Below, piece by piece: positions 19,809 to 29,213 of a stretch of DNA of 64,000 nucleotides. The position numbers and the translations under genes were made by a program. The notes under the pieces were generated by a model, which was not told the origin of the DNA, made no database searches, and saw nothing but the letters and a program-made list of their open reading frames with translations. Numbering within the stretch: position 1 is the first letter of the stretch; each line of letters opens with the position of its first letter. Origin of the DNA: Waddliaceae bacterium (lineage in GTDB: Bacteria; Chlamydiota; Chlamydiia; Chlamydiales; SLFE01); contig CAWAPJ010000005.1 of the NCBI GenBank assembly GCA_963783885.1, forward strand, positions 36,927-100,926, given 5' to 3'.

Positions 19809-22340
19809 TCAGGTATACATGTGGGGAGGCGGGTCGTCTCCGTCTACGTTTGGCTTGATGCTGTTATACGCTTCTAGGAAATCGTCGTTTGTAATTTTCC
19901 GATCAGGATGCTTTTCGACTTGCTCCATTGTGAGTTTAAGTTTAGCGAGTTTTCTCAGGCGCAATTTCGATGCTTTTTTGACAAGCCCTTTTAGATGGTC
20001 TCCGGAGAAATCCTTAGTGATAGCCGCGAATCGGTCAAGATCGATATTATCTTCTATGACATCTTCTTCTTGCAGATCCTTGATATAGTATTCAAGGATC
20101 TTTCTCCTTCCCGTAGTATCCGGTAGAGGAAATTCGACTTTTTCACTAAAACGGCCCGGTCTTAAGAAAGCCTCGTCGATTCTATCTAGCTGGTTGGTTG
20201 TTCCAATCACAATGAGATTGTCCAGATCCTGAGCAGAACTCATTTCTTCAAGCAAAGTGTTTACCAGACTGGTTCTTGGAGAGCTTGTGGATTTGGAACG
20301 TTTTTCGCAAAGAGATTCGATCTCGTCAAAAATAACAATGAACCTTTGGTCTTTATGATTATGGGCATTATCAAAAAGAGCCTTAATATTTTTTTCGGTC
20401 TCTCCAACCCACTTACTGAGTATGTTGGCATGCTTGACTTTAACGATATTTGTTTTGGGTACATCAAGAAGTTCTCCAAGGGCATTGGCAAATGTTGTTT
20501 TTCCCGTTCCCGGAGCGCCATAGAGAAGAAGTCCATTGGGTGATTTGATACCCATTTTTTTTGCTATTTCTCGCAATTCTCCCAAGGGAATCGCGATGAG
20601 TTCGAAAGCTTCGACGATTTTTTCTGGCAGGCCTGTCAAGCCGGCATTTTCCAGTGTTTGGCGGGCATCGCCGTTTTTAAATCGTATCATTTTCGGCTTA
20701 TTGTTCATCCAGATTTGATAGTTATCGTATTCGATAGCCAATTCAGTGTCAGAAGTCACTTTTCCAAGGTGGGGATAAATCGTTCCGTTATATCTGCTTG
20801 ATTTGAATGCCATATCTTTGACTTTTACATCGATAAGCAGATCATTGCCTAAATCAACAGTAAATATTTGATTGAGGCATCTCTCTTTAGGAAGAAAGTC
20901 TCTGATTGCCTGCTTTAAGTCTTCCATGTCGACTTCGGTAAGCTCAATGCCTTTCTGGGTTTTTTTAATCGAAACGTAAACAGACATTTTTTTTAGGGAA
21001 TGTGTTTTCATATCGGGAATGAGATTTAGGTCGATACCGCTTTTCAAATTGATAAAGATCCGCGTATCTTTGGACAATTCCCAATGCTTCATATTGACCG
21101 CATCGCGGTCTACGAGATTTACATGATCGATAGCAAAGACTTCTAAATTCAGAAGATATCCCTTATATTCGAGAAAAAATTTCGTGTTTGCGGAAAAGAG
21201 GTCTATCCTTTCCCTTATTTTTTCTCCCACTTCGGAAACATCAATCCAATTATGGATGTTTTCCTGCATGGAATCAAAGCCGGGAAGAGCGTCAATCATG
21301 CAGATTCGAAATGTGACCCGCGTTGGCTTGAGGGGCTCTCCTCTTACGCCGCATACATCCGCGTTATCAGAAATAAATGAGAGTTTAGCGTCCGGGGTTA
21401 GGCGGTAAGCTTTTGTATAGACAGCCTCTTTTTTTGAAAGTACAGTGGGCTTCTTGGGTAATAGGGTTTCTTTCAAAGTGACTTTTATATCGACGCCAGG
21501 AGTAATGGAGTATTCGACAAACATGCCCGGGACAAGCCACTTATCTCGCAGCGCGAGCCTCACTTCTTCCTCAAACTTTTCCACATTATAGATGAGAGGA
21601 CGCATTGTATCAGGATAATTTTCAAGACCTGTTATCGAGACATCGAATTTAAATGTTGGCTGTTTGGTAGTATTGATCCTTTCACTTAAAATGTAGGGGG
21701 CAGTTTCAACGCTTTCAAAAAATAATTCAGTTGTCGGCGTTATTGAACTAAAATACGATTTTTTTTCTGGAGTTTGATGAGACTCGCCTGAATGAAATGT
21801 GGCGTAAAATTCGCGGTTGTTAAAATTGCAGTGAAGAACCTGTCCTTCCTTAAGGAAATGCCCCTCATAACGCTGATGGAAGTAGTTTTTAATCTCACTC
21901 ACATCGAGGATGTTTTTACTGATTGATACGGTATCATCCTGACTTTGAGGTGAAATGATGAATTTTGCTTTCGTCAAGTCTCGCTGGCAGGATGGGACCT
22001 GCCGATAAGGAGTGATGAGGACGGTATCATCTTTATTGATGACAGTCGACACCTCTTCGAATTGGACGGGATTCAATCCGATTTCACCCGGTTTTATCCA
22101 TGATTTTGCGACAATGCAATAAACACGATTTGCAATTCTAGCAAAAGCGGCATTACCACCGCTTTGCTCCGGAAAATATCGCTGCACATCTTTTGCATTC
22201 ATCCAAACACAATTGGTTTCAGCAAGCTCTCCTTCATTCATTTTACGAATGACTGCGGTAAATTTGTCCGGATTACCGGAAAATGATTGATGATTTCTAG
22301 ACAAATTTTTAGAATCGTTCAATGTGTTTATATTGTTCAT
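19809..22340 (-). CDS. NSF/Sec18-like AAA+ ATPase 1 (expanded N-domain, single AAA module)
   Basis: Walker A GAPGTGKT, pore loop KWVGE, Walker B IIFDE-type (VIFDEIE), SRH TTN..IDEAFLRPGR; N-terminus LAETNCVWMNAKD resembles NSF; AGGAGG RBS before ATG 22340. Confidence 0.85.
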   Translation of the reverse strand: MNNINTLNDSKNLSRNHQSFSGNPDKFTAVIRKMNEGELAETNCVWMNAKDVQRYFPEQSGGNAAFARIANRVYCIVAKSWIKPGEIGLNPVQFEEVSTVINKDDTVLITPYRQVPSCQRDLTKAKFIISPQSQDDTVSISKNILDVSEIKNYFHQRYEGHFLKEGQVLHCNFNNREFYATFHSGESHQTPEKKSYFSSITPTTELFFESVETAPYILSERINTTKQPTFKFDVSITGLENYPDTMRPLIYNVEKFEEEVRLALRDKWLVPGMFVEYSITPGVDIKVTLKETLLPKKPTVLSKKEAVYTKAYRLTPDAKLSFISDNADVCGVRGEPLKPTRVTFRICMIDALPGFDSMQENIHNWIDVSEVGEKIRERIDLFSANTKFFLEYKGYLLNLEVFAIDHVNLVDRDAVNMKHWELSKDTRIFINLKSGIDLNLIPDMKTHSLKKMSVYVSIKKTQKGIELTEVDMEDLKQAIRDFLPKERCLNQIFTVDLGNDLLIDVKVKDMAFKSSRYNGTIYPHLGKVTSDTELAIEYDNYQIWMNNKPKMIRFKNGDARQTLENAGLTGLPEKIVEAFELIAIPLGELREIAKKMGIKSPNGLLLYGAPGTGKTTFANALGELLDVPKTNIVKVKHANILSKWVGETEKNIKALFDNAHNHKDQRFIVIFDEIESLCEKRSKSTSSPRTSLVNTLLEEMSSAQDLDNLIVIGTTNQLDRIDEAFLRPGRFSEKVEFPLPDTTGRRKILEYYIKDLQEEDVIEDNIDLDRFAAITKDFSGDHLKGLVKKASKLRLRKLAKLKLTMEQVEKHPDRKITNDDFLEAYNSIKPNVDGDDPPPHMYT

Positions 22341-22581
22341 TTGCCACCTCCTGTTTGTCGGTTGGCAAGAAGCGATGAAGACCCGCTTCTTAAGGAACAT
22401 TGACGTGTGATCAGCTTTGTATTTTGTGATCTAAACTTATGTGTAAATAATTTTTATTAAAAAGGAAATTATTTTAAGGACTTGAAAACTAAAAATTTAC
22501 TTGACAAATAAAATTGGCAATAAAAGTCGATATTTGCCAACAAGAAGATTTAACTATATGATTATCAATCAATTATTTTCT

Positions 22582-22610
22582 TTGCATTCAAGTAATGAAG
22601 ATATTATAAT
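22582..22610 (+). promoter_or_regulatory. Sigma66/70-type promoter
   Basis: TTGCAT-17 bp-TATAAT upstream of AGGAG and ATG 22635. Confidence 0.7.
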
Positions 22611-22634
22611 TACGCTACTGTTTAGGAGAAATCT

Positions 22635-25600
22635 ATGGCAAAAAGTCTGCGAATAATCATCTATGCTGTTTTGTTTTTTATTGGATTTGTCATCTCCATG
22701 CCTTTTATCCTCTCAACGGGGCCCGCAAAAAATTATCTATTAATTCCTTATTTGGAGCACTCTTTTGGTGGAAAAGTTCACGTAGATCGTGTACGCCTCA
22801 GTTGGTTTGGGCCGCAGCGTGCCAAGCATTTTCATTGGACCGGAAAAGACGAATCCCATGTTAAATTCGACACTCTTGCGATATATTCCCCTATTTACCG
22901 CCTTTTGTTTACAAACGAGTGGATAGACAAAGTTGAAACGGAAAATCTATCGGCGTCTTTACCCCATTTGGCCGCAAAATCGTTTAAAGAGACGTTCACT
23001 CCTCTATCTTTGACCATCTCCGAAATTACCGGTCCGGTCATTAATCTTTCTGTCACTCAGGAACATGAGATAATCCATATTGACGCCTCGTCGGAAAATG
23101 GGCACGCAGATATCTATATCAGTATGACTAAAAACGGGCCTGTATTCTCCAAAGAAGGGAAAATCGTTTATTCCATGCCGCACGACCTTGTACAGAAATT
23201 AAAAGAGCACGATTTCATCACTTTCGATTCCCCTCTGGAAATTTCCCTGCTGACAGGGAAGGGCTTTCAATTCCAATTACATCCGGCTCGGATGGATTTG
23301 CAAAACGGGATCAGTTTGACAAATGTCGAGGGAATTGTTTTGCTGTCGGATAGCCTTAAGAAGCTAGATCTGGACCTCTCCGGTATTATAACCGATAAGG
23401 GCGGTGATAGCGATGCAGCCGTACGTGGATGGGTATCATTATCGGAAAACAGAAATTATGATCTGCTTATAGAAGGCAAACGGCTTAGGGCGTCGCTCCT
23501 CAATTACTTGTCGCCAGACAAAAGGCTGAAAACATGGGCTAAGTCAATTTTCGGTTCCAATATTGACGGCTCTCTCCGCCTGGTTCATGAAAATAAAGAG
23601 CAATACGGTTTATTGAAATTAACATCTAATACCGCAAAGATTCCGGGAGCGGTTTTTGAATGGGACGACACCCATATTTCACTCGCTGAGCCTGTCAATA
23701 TTACCATTGATTATACTCCCCATGCAGGATTTAGCGACAGTCTCCCTAAAACCCTTCCCTTGACGATTCAAGTCAATCGTTTGAACATTCACCTCTCGGA
23801 CAGTATCACTCCTAAAGATATAGCCCTTGAGTCCACGATATCGGTCCGCGACCTTGAATTTTCTCATCTTCCCTGGGTCAACCAATGCCATTTTACAAAT
23901 GGTTTATTAACCCTAAATGCCTTGTCTTTGGAACACATCGAGCTCTCTTTAATCGGAAGGCTGAACCGATTTGATCAGGAAAAGCCCCTTTCAAGATCTT
24001 TAGGCGACGAGCTTCGCTTTAACTTGTCTTCCGAACTGAAGCTGTCGAAAGATTTTATCCCCCATGTGCAAAAGTTTGAAGTAGGTGCCGAAGATGGCCA
24101 GCTTGTTTTTAATTTGACAGGAAAGGAAAATGCGGAAAATCCGTTCGAATTATCTTCTTCAGGATATATCAATTACATGCTAACTCCACAGCTTTTATCC
24201 CGGATTCAGGATCAAAAACAGCACGACTATCATCTTTCATCCCCGTCTATATTACAGCTTCTGCTCGATGAGGCCAAATTTGATATTCGGGATTTTTCAT
24301 TGTCTGAAATATCGTCTAAAGGGCGGCTTTTAATCGACGAGATTGCGGTAGGAGAAGATAAGGGTGCTTCGATCGCATCACTGAGAAAAATATTTATTCC
24401 TTGGTCGGCCAATGCAAAAGATGACGTGTTAACTTTTACTATTGCTGCTGTCACTGCCAATCGAAGTTTGGAACAAAAAGGGAAACTTGAAGGGCATGTT
24501 CGGGTTTCAGGCTGGACACGCAATATAGAAGATTGGAAAGTGAATGCGGAAACGGCTATTACGGCATTTCCGGTTGCCATTATAAGCGCGTTTACAGGAA
24601 TCGACGAGCTTGATGGCTTGATCGGCCCGTCTCTTGATGCCGCTGTCAAAGTTTATGATGATGTGGATGGCAGCGAAGGTCATGTGATATTTTCGGCTAA
24701 TGGAGATCAATTTGACATTGCCGGGTCTTTAAAGGCTGACCAACAGTTGACTCTCGAAGATCCGAATCGTCCTGTTGTTATTCATTGGGAAATGACTCCC
24801 GATAGATTTTCCGCAATTAGAAAACAATTGCTATGTCAAGATACAGTCCTTATCGATCAACTGCAACTTCATCAATCAACCTCGATACAGGCAGACATTT
24901 CGAATCTTGTTATTCCTTTAAAAAAACCCTCACGCTCGTCGGTTGCTATCGAACTGAATACCGCAGGTATTTATGTCCTCGATATGATAACAAACGACAT
25001 GGTTTTTTTTGACGGGGTCTCAGCTCGCGCAACCTCGAAAGATATCAGTGATTCTATCGGTATTCAATTTGATGCCGGAGGCAACATTTATAATGAGCAA
25101 AATGAAGAGCTGCGTCTTTCTTTGAATTCCGTTGTTAAAGACATTTTTCATGCTGACGGGTCATTCAACAGGCATGGCGCCACCATTGAAGTTCAGGCTG
25201 AGGCGCATCAAGCTCCCGTTTTGCTTTTATCAAACTTTTTATGTCTGGATGAGAGCGTACTCAATCAGGTCAATGCGTTAATCGGCCATCGGGTGAACGC
25301 CCAGTTGAATGTCAATCTGTCGGAGATGACCGGACCGATCCAATTAGCGATTAATGGAACAATCGGAAAATTGTCGCTTGACGGCTACTTGTCTCAAGGG
25401 ATATTGACTCTCCAATCCCCTTTGAGCGCCGAGTTTTCGATCACGCCTACACTGCAGGATTCAATACTAGATGAGCTGCTCCCCTTTCTGAATTCGGCTT
25501 ATAGTTCGGAAGAACCGATACGCATTACCATTAACCAAAATGGATTTTCCTATCCACTGTGGTCCCAAGACCCGTATCAATTCTCCGTTGGCGCCATGAG

Positions 25601-26114
25601 AATCGACTTAGGCAAAATGTACTTTAAAAATGACTATCAAATAGCGCAGATCCTCAATATTTTGAAATATTCGACTGACATGAATTTAATTTCTGTATGG
25701 TTCACTCCCCTCTATCTCAGTTATGAGAGTGGCGTGGCTAATATCGACCGCATAGATATGCTTGTTGCCGATCGCTATCCCGTTGCGGTCTGGGGCAAAG
25801 TGAATTTTTACGATGATTATATCAATATGAAAATCGGCCTTGGAGGCTTGACGCTGAGACAAGCGTTTGGCTTGAAGGGCGTTCCAAAAGATTATTATCT
25901 CCAATTGTCAATGAAGGGAAGCCTGTCCGATCCTAGTATCAATTCAAATAAAGCTTCGACTAAGATTGCAGCGTTTATCGCTCAGCTGCGTGGAGGTCCC
26001 CAAGGGGTGATTGTCGGCGGGCTTATGGATCTTCTTGGCGGCACGTTAGGGCAAAAACCGATCCCAAAACCAACAACACAACCCTTCCCCTGGGAAATTC
26101 AGCCGCATAATTAA
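22635..26114 (+). CDS. Large N-anchored beta-rich periplasmic protein, AsmA/TamB-like
   Basis: Single N-terminal TM, LSWFGPQ, then about 1100 aa of alternating amphipathic beta pattern; family assignment is inferred. Confidence 0.6.
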   Translation: MAKSLRIIIYAVLFFIGFVISMPFILSTGPAKNYLLIPYLEHSFGGKVHVDRVRLSWFGPQRAKHFHWTGKDESHVKFDTLAIYSPIYRLLFTNEWIDKVETENLSASLPHLAAKSFKETFTPLSLTISEITGPVINLSVTQEHEIIHIDASSENGHADIYISMTKNGPVFSKEGKIVYSMPHDLVQKLKEHDFITFDSPLEISLLTGKGFQFQLHPARMDLQNGISLTNVEGIVLLSDSLKKLDLDLSGIITDKGGDSDAAVRGWVSLSENRNYDLLIEGKRLRASLLNYLSPDKRLKTWAKSIFGSNIDGSLRLVHENKEQYGLLKLTSNTAKIPGAVFEWDDTHISLAEPVNITIDYTPHAGFSDSLPKTLPLTIQVNRLNIHLSDSITPKDIALESTISVRDLEFSHLPWVNQCHFTNGLLTLNALSLEHIELSLIGRLNRFDQEKPLSRSLGDELRFNLSSELKLSKDFIPHVQKFEVGAEDGQLVFNLTGKENAENPFELSSSGYINYMLTPQLLSRIQDQKQHDYHLSSPSILQLLLDEAKFDIRDFSLSEISSKGRLLIDEIAVGEDKGASIASLRKIFIPWSANAKDDVLTFTIAAVTANRSLEQKGKLEGHVRVSGWTRNIEDWKVNAETAITAFPVAIISAFTGIDELDGLIGPSLDAAVKVYDDVDGSEGHVIFSANGDQFDIAGSLKADQQLTLEDPNRPVVIHWEMTPDRFSAIRKQLLCQDTVLIDQLQLHQSTSIQADISNLVIPLKKPSRSSVAIELNTAGIYVLDMITNDMVFFDGVSARATSKDISDSIGIQFDAGGNIYNEQNEELRLSLNSVVKDIFHADGSFNRHGATIEVQAEAHQAPVLLLSNFLCLDESVLNQVNALIGHRVNAQLNVNLSEMTGPIQLAINGTIGKLSLDGYLSQGILTLQSPLSAEFSITPTLQDSILDELLPFLNSAYSSEEPIRITINQNGFSYPLWSQDPYQFSVGAMRIDLGKMYFKNDYQIAQILNILKYSTDMNLISVWFTPLYLSYESGVANIDRIDMLVADRYPVAVWGKVNFYDDYINMKIGLGGLTLRQAFGLKGVPKDYYLQLSMKGSLSDPSINSNKASTKIAAFIAQLRGGPQGVIVGGLMDLLGGTLGQKPIPKPTTQPFPWEIQPHN

Positions 26115-26308
26115 TCAACAATTTTGCAGCTAATGTAAGTTTCCTCGTGAATTTGCGGATTGAGAAATTCCTGAAAGTCATCATCACTCGGTTGCAGAGA
26201 AAATTGACGCCCGCAATCAAGACAGCGATGATTTTGTTTTCCGTGCCTTGTAAATCCATTTTTTTTGATTGCTTCTGAGTTGCATTTTGGACAATTTCGT
26301 TTGCTCAT
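26111..26308 (-). CDS. IS1 InsA-like zinc-ribbon small protein or remnant
   Basis: CPKCNSEAIKKNG...GKQNHRCLDCGRQF; AGGGGG RBS; no InsB follows. Confidence 0.7.
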   Translation of the reverse strand: MSKRNCPKCNSEAIKKNGFTRHGKQNHRCLDCGRQFSLQPSDDDFQEFLNPQIHEETYISCKIVD

Positions 26309-26960
26309 GATTTCCCCCTGTTGTATAAGTTTATCATTATTCCAATGAGAATGCGTTAACAAATCATAAAGGTATACATGGTGTCTGCTTTTGATTCAAC
26401 CTTTAACCCCTGATTGAGCCCTAATCTCGTCTGCCCGTTTTTTTAGACTGACGGGCCGAAGACCCTGATTGCTACCTAAACCTTAGCTAGAGCTTACACG
26501 AGTGCGCCAGATACAACTGTAGCGTCGACGGCAAGGGTAATCCCTTGCCGAGGCGCTACAGGCAGTAGATGGTGTGCTCGTGTAAGCTCTAGCTGAGCTC
26601 CCCTTTGCATAAAAACGAAACACTATAGGCAAGAATTGCACAGAATACTTTTATCAAAAAGCCTTGTTCAGTGCAGAACTTAAAAGTTCTTTGGAAAAGG
26701 TTTGTTATGCAGCTAAATGTCGTCTCGACAATCTGTCGCTTGCTGCTAATTTTGTATCGCCACCATTTATTTGGACACAAATTTGGCTTAAGGGTGAGAT
26801 TTTTCCAAACCTCTCAAGCCGCCTCCCATGTCGGACTCTAGCTAAGTTCAGCGATTCGTCAAGGATTCCCTTCGGCTCGCTTCGCTCGTCCTGGACTTCA
26901 TCGCTGCCCTTAGCAATTTTGCCTTCCATCGGTTGCGTCTTAAGAGTTTTGTTAAATCTC

Positions 26961-27851
26961 TTATGCTGCATATTTAAACTCCCAGTTTTGGCGAGCTTCT
27001 CTAGGGCTGCAGTAGCCTAGCTTCTCAAGTAACCATTCATTGTTATAATCCTCTACAAATGACTGAATGGCTCGTCTGACCTCATCAAGATTTTTAAAAA
27101 CTCGACCATGCACACATTGCTCCTTCATCGTTCGATGAAATCGCTCTTCCACCCCGTTGGTTTCAGGCTCGCCTACTAAGGCATAGCTAAAGTTAAAGCC
27201 CCAGTATTTAGCCTCATTCCGATACTCATTGGCTGTGAAGACCGATCCATGATCTGGTCTTAGACTGATCCCTCTAGCGATACCTGGCATTAGCTCTCCG
27301 CAACCAGACCTTACAGCATTTCGTAACACCTCCATCGCAGCGTGTCGATCGCCACGTTTGGTGACGTGCCACCCAAGACACTCGGAATTCCAGTGGTCAG
27401 TGACACCGAAGTACCAAATCCATCCATCATCCTCGGTCCAGATCTTTACTGCATCTGTTGCCCACATATCGTTGGGAACATCTGTCACGATTCTGCCATC
27501 ATGTTTTTTTGCCTTTCCTTGGAAACTGCGATGTGGAGATAGAATATTAGCCTCTCTCATAAGTTTCAAAATCCTGTTTCTCCCTACGCTGATCCCATGA
27601 TTCCGCCTCAATCGAGCCCATACTTTCCGGTGTCCTTCGCCCGTAAACTTACTCTCTTCAATATCACTACGAATCCACTCAAGGAGGTCTTCATCAGCCA
27701 TCCAAGGAGTGGGTCCCGGCTTTCTTGTAACGGTGTCTTTTTGCTTTCTTGCTCTTGCGTTGTAGACGGTTGAGCGAGTTATACCCCAAACCCGGCAGAC
27801 TCGCTGTAATCCGTATACGCGTCCAGTTGATGAAGAGCTGGAGGTGCTCAT
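26961..27851 (-). CDS. IS3 orfB, DDE integrase-core transposase
   Basis: WATD, RPDHGS and NGVEERFHRTMKE catalytic triad; GHRKVWARL. Confidence 0.93.
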   Translation of the reverse strand: MSTSSSSSTGRVYGLQRVCRVWGITRSTVYNARARKQKDTVTRKPGPTPWMADEDLLEWIRSDIEESKFTGEGHRKVWARLRRNHGISVGRNRILKLMREANILSPHRSFQGKAKKHDGRIVTDVPNDMWATDAVKIWTEDDGWIWYFGVTDHWNSECLGWHVTKRGDRHAAMEVLRNAVRSGCGELMPGIARGISLRPDHGSVFTANEYRNEAKYWGFNFSYALVGEPETNGVEERFHRTMKEQCVHGRVFKNLDEVRRAIQSFVEDYNNEWLLEKLGYCSPREARQNWEFKYAA

Positions 27852-28171
27852 TACTTCGACCTCCTCAATACTAAAGGGCCTTTCTTTTTTACCTGCCGTT
27901 TTAGTAGCTCATTTTCCATGGACAGCTCACCTATCTGCTCTTTAGCTCTGGCTAGCAAAGCGTCCTTTGGATCGTTTACCCTCTGCTTAAAGCCTTCCTC
28001 AAGGTGGACCAAAGCTTCCTCTCGCCACTCATTGACGATATGGACAGCCACGCCTACGGCGCGGCTGACATCATCTATTGCCTCACCTCGGAAAAGCCGT
28101 AGTACAACCTCTGCTTTTCGTTTGGCGCTCCATCTCTTTACTGTCTTATCCGTACAATCTGTTGTTCTCAT
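27851..28171 (-). CDS. IS3 orfA
   Basis: Identical protein to 14392-14712. Confidence 0.9.
   Translation of the reverse strand: MRTTDCTDKTVKRWSAKRKAEVVLRLFRGEAIDDVSRAVGVAVHIVNEWREEALVHLEEGFKQRVNDPKDALLARAKEQIGELSMENELLKRQVKKKGPLVLRRSK
27884..27890 (-). promoter_or_regulatory. A-AAA-AAG -1 ribosomal frameshift heptamer joining orfA and orfB (also at 14425-14431)
   Basis: orfA codons GTA AAA AAG; the -1 frame is open into the orfB ATG. Confidence 0.75.
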
Positions 28172-29213
28172 TGTGTTTCTCCTTGAAAACGATTGGGTAT
28201 TTTACCCCAAATCAGTGTCCAAGTAAACTGGTGGCATTATGCTGCTAATTTCCCTCTCTTCAATTGGTGTTCGGACTCTATTCTTTGCTTTACATCCCCG
28301 TTTTGCAAGCAATGTAATTTGTTCTTCTTTCAAGATGTCTTCTAAATCAAAGCAATTATACGCACCATCTGCATAAAGTTTATAATCTGGTGGAATGTCC
28401 AGTTTCATTTCCCAGAGCACCTTTACATCGCTTACTGCTCCTGGCTTGAAAAGAACTTCAACCGGCTTGCCTTCGCTCGTCACAATCATATGAACTTTTA
28501 TGCCGCAAAAGTAACGCTTTTTAGAAGCTGCGAAACCTAAATACCTTCGTTCTAGAAAAACCTTCCGTTTATCGATTCTATTTTTCTGACAACATGAAAC
28601 TGGAAAGCTGTCTATAGCAAAACCCTGATCTTTATTTATTTGCTTAAAAAATAGAGCTAAAAAACGGAAAATGGCGTTCCAACAAATCCAAGGAATTTTA
28701 TGAATTCGGCGATTTAGCCGGCTATTGCTTAAAATAGCTCTGAATAATCGTAATCTTTTACATAAATATCTGGACATTTTATAGTTACAAGAAAAATATT
28801 TTGCTGATAAAATAGCAAAAGTTATCACTTCTGCGTTGGACATTTGAGATTGAGGATCGTCTTTAATCCCCAAAATTCGAAGGATTTCTTCGCTGATGAC
28901 ATAAACTGTTGTTGCGTAAGTTTCCATGATGCCCCCTTTTTTTGGCTAAGGAAGTATCATAGAGACTATTGTCGTTAAAATCTTTCATTGAATTCATCTG
29001 CTAAGCCTCGATTATCGGCAAGGGATTACCCTTGCCTTCAAATCGAGTCTACGCATCTGAATCCAACGAAAGACTTTAACAACAAGTTTAGGTAGCAATC
29101 AGGGTCGAAGCGCAGCTTCAAAATATAATTTTTCAATGAATATGATTGAAGATTTTATTCTTATTTTTGTTTTATCAATAATTCTTGATTCGATTAGGAT
29201 CGTTAGGTAAAAA

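Larger units (their letters stand above)
26753..28239 (-). mobile_element. IS3-family insertion sequence, copy 2 (intact ORFs)
   Basis: Same IRs as copy 1; flanking direct repeat TGCTGCTAATTT (26741-26752, 28240-28251). Confidence 0.93.
26589..28927 (-). pseudogene. IS982-family DDE transposase split by IS3 insertion (279 aa when rejoined)
   Basis: IDSFPV, YFCGIKVH, YADGAY and, beyond the insertion, KRQIVETTFS; the junction restores EREISSKRQIVE in frame. Confidence 0.9.
26462..29105 (-). mobile_element. IS982-family element (about 1145 bp net) interrupted by IS3 copy 2
   Basis: Perfect 20-bp TIR ACCCTGATTGCTACCTAAAC at both ends; flanking direct repeat CGAAG (26457-26461, 29106-29110). Confidence 0.9.

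Noticed and set aside
26406-26426. CCCTGATTG just upstream of the IS982 left end as another TIR
   Set aside because: The exact match is only about 9 bp and could be chance.
26485-26594. Palindromic repeats as a CRISPR array or integron attC sites
   Set aside because: There is no repeat-spacer periodicity, no cas gene and no integrase; the repeats belong to the IS982 ends and MITE.
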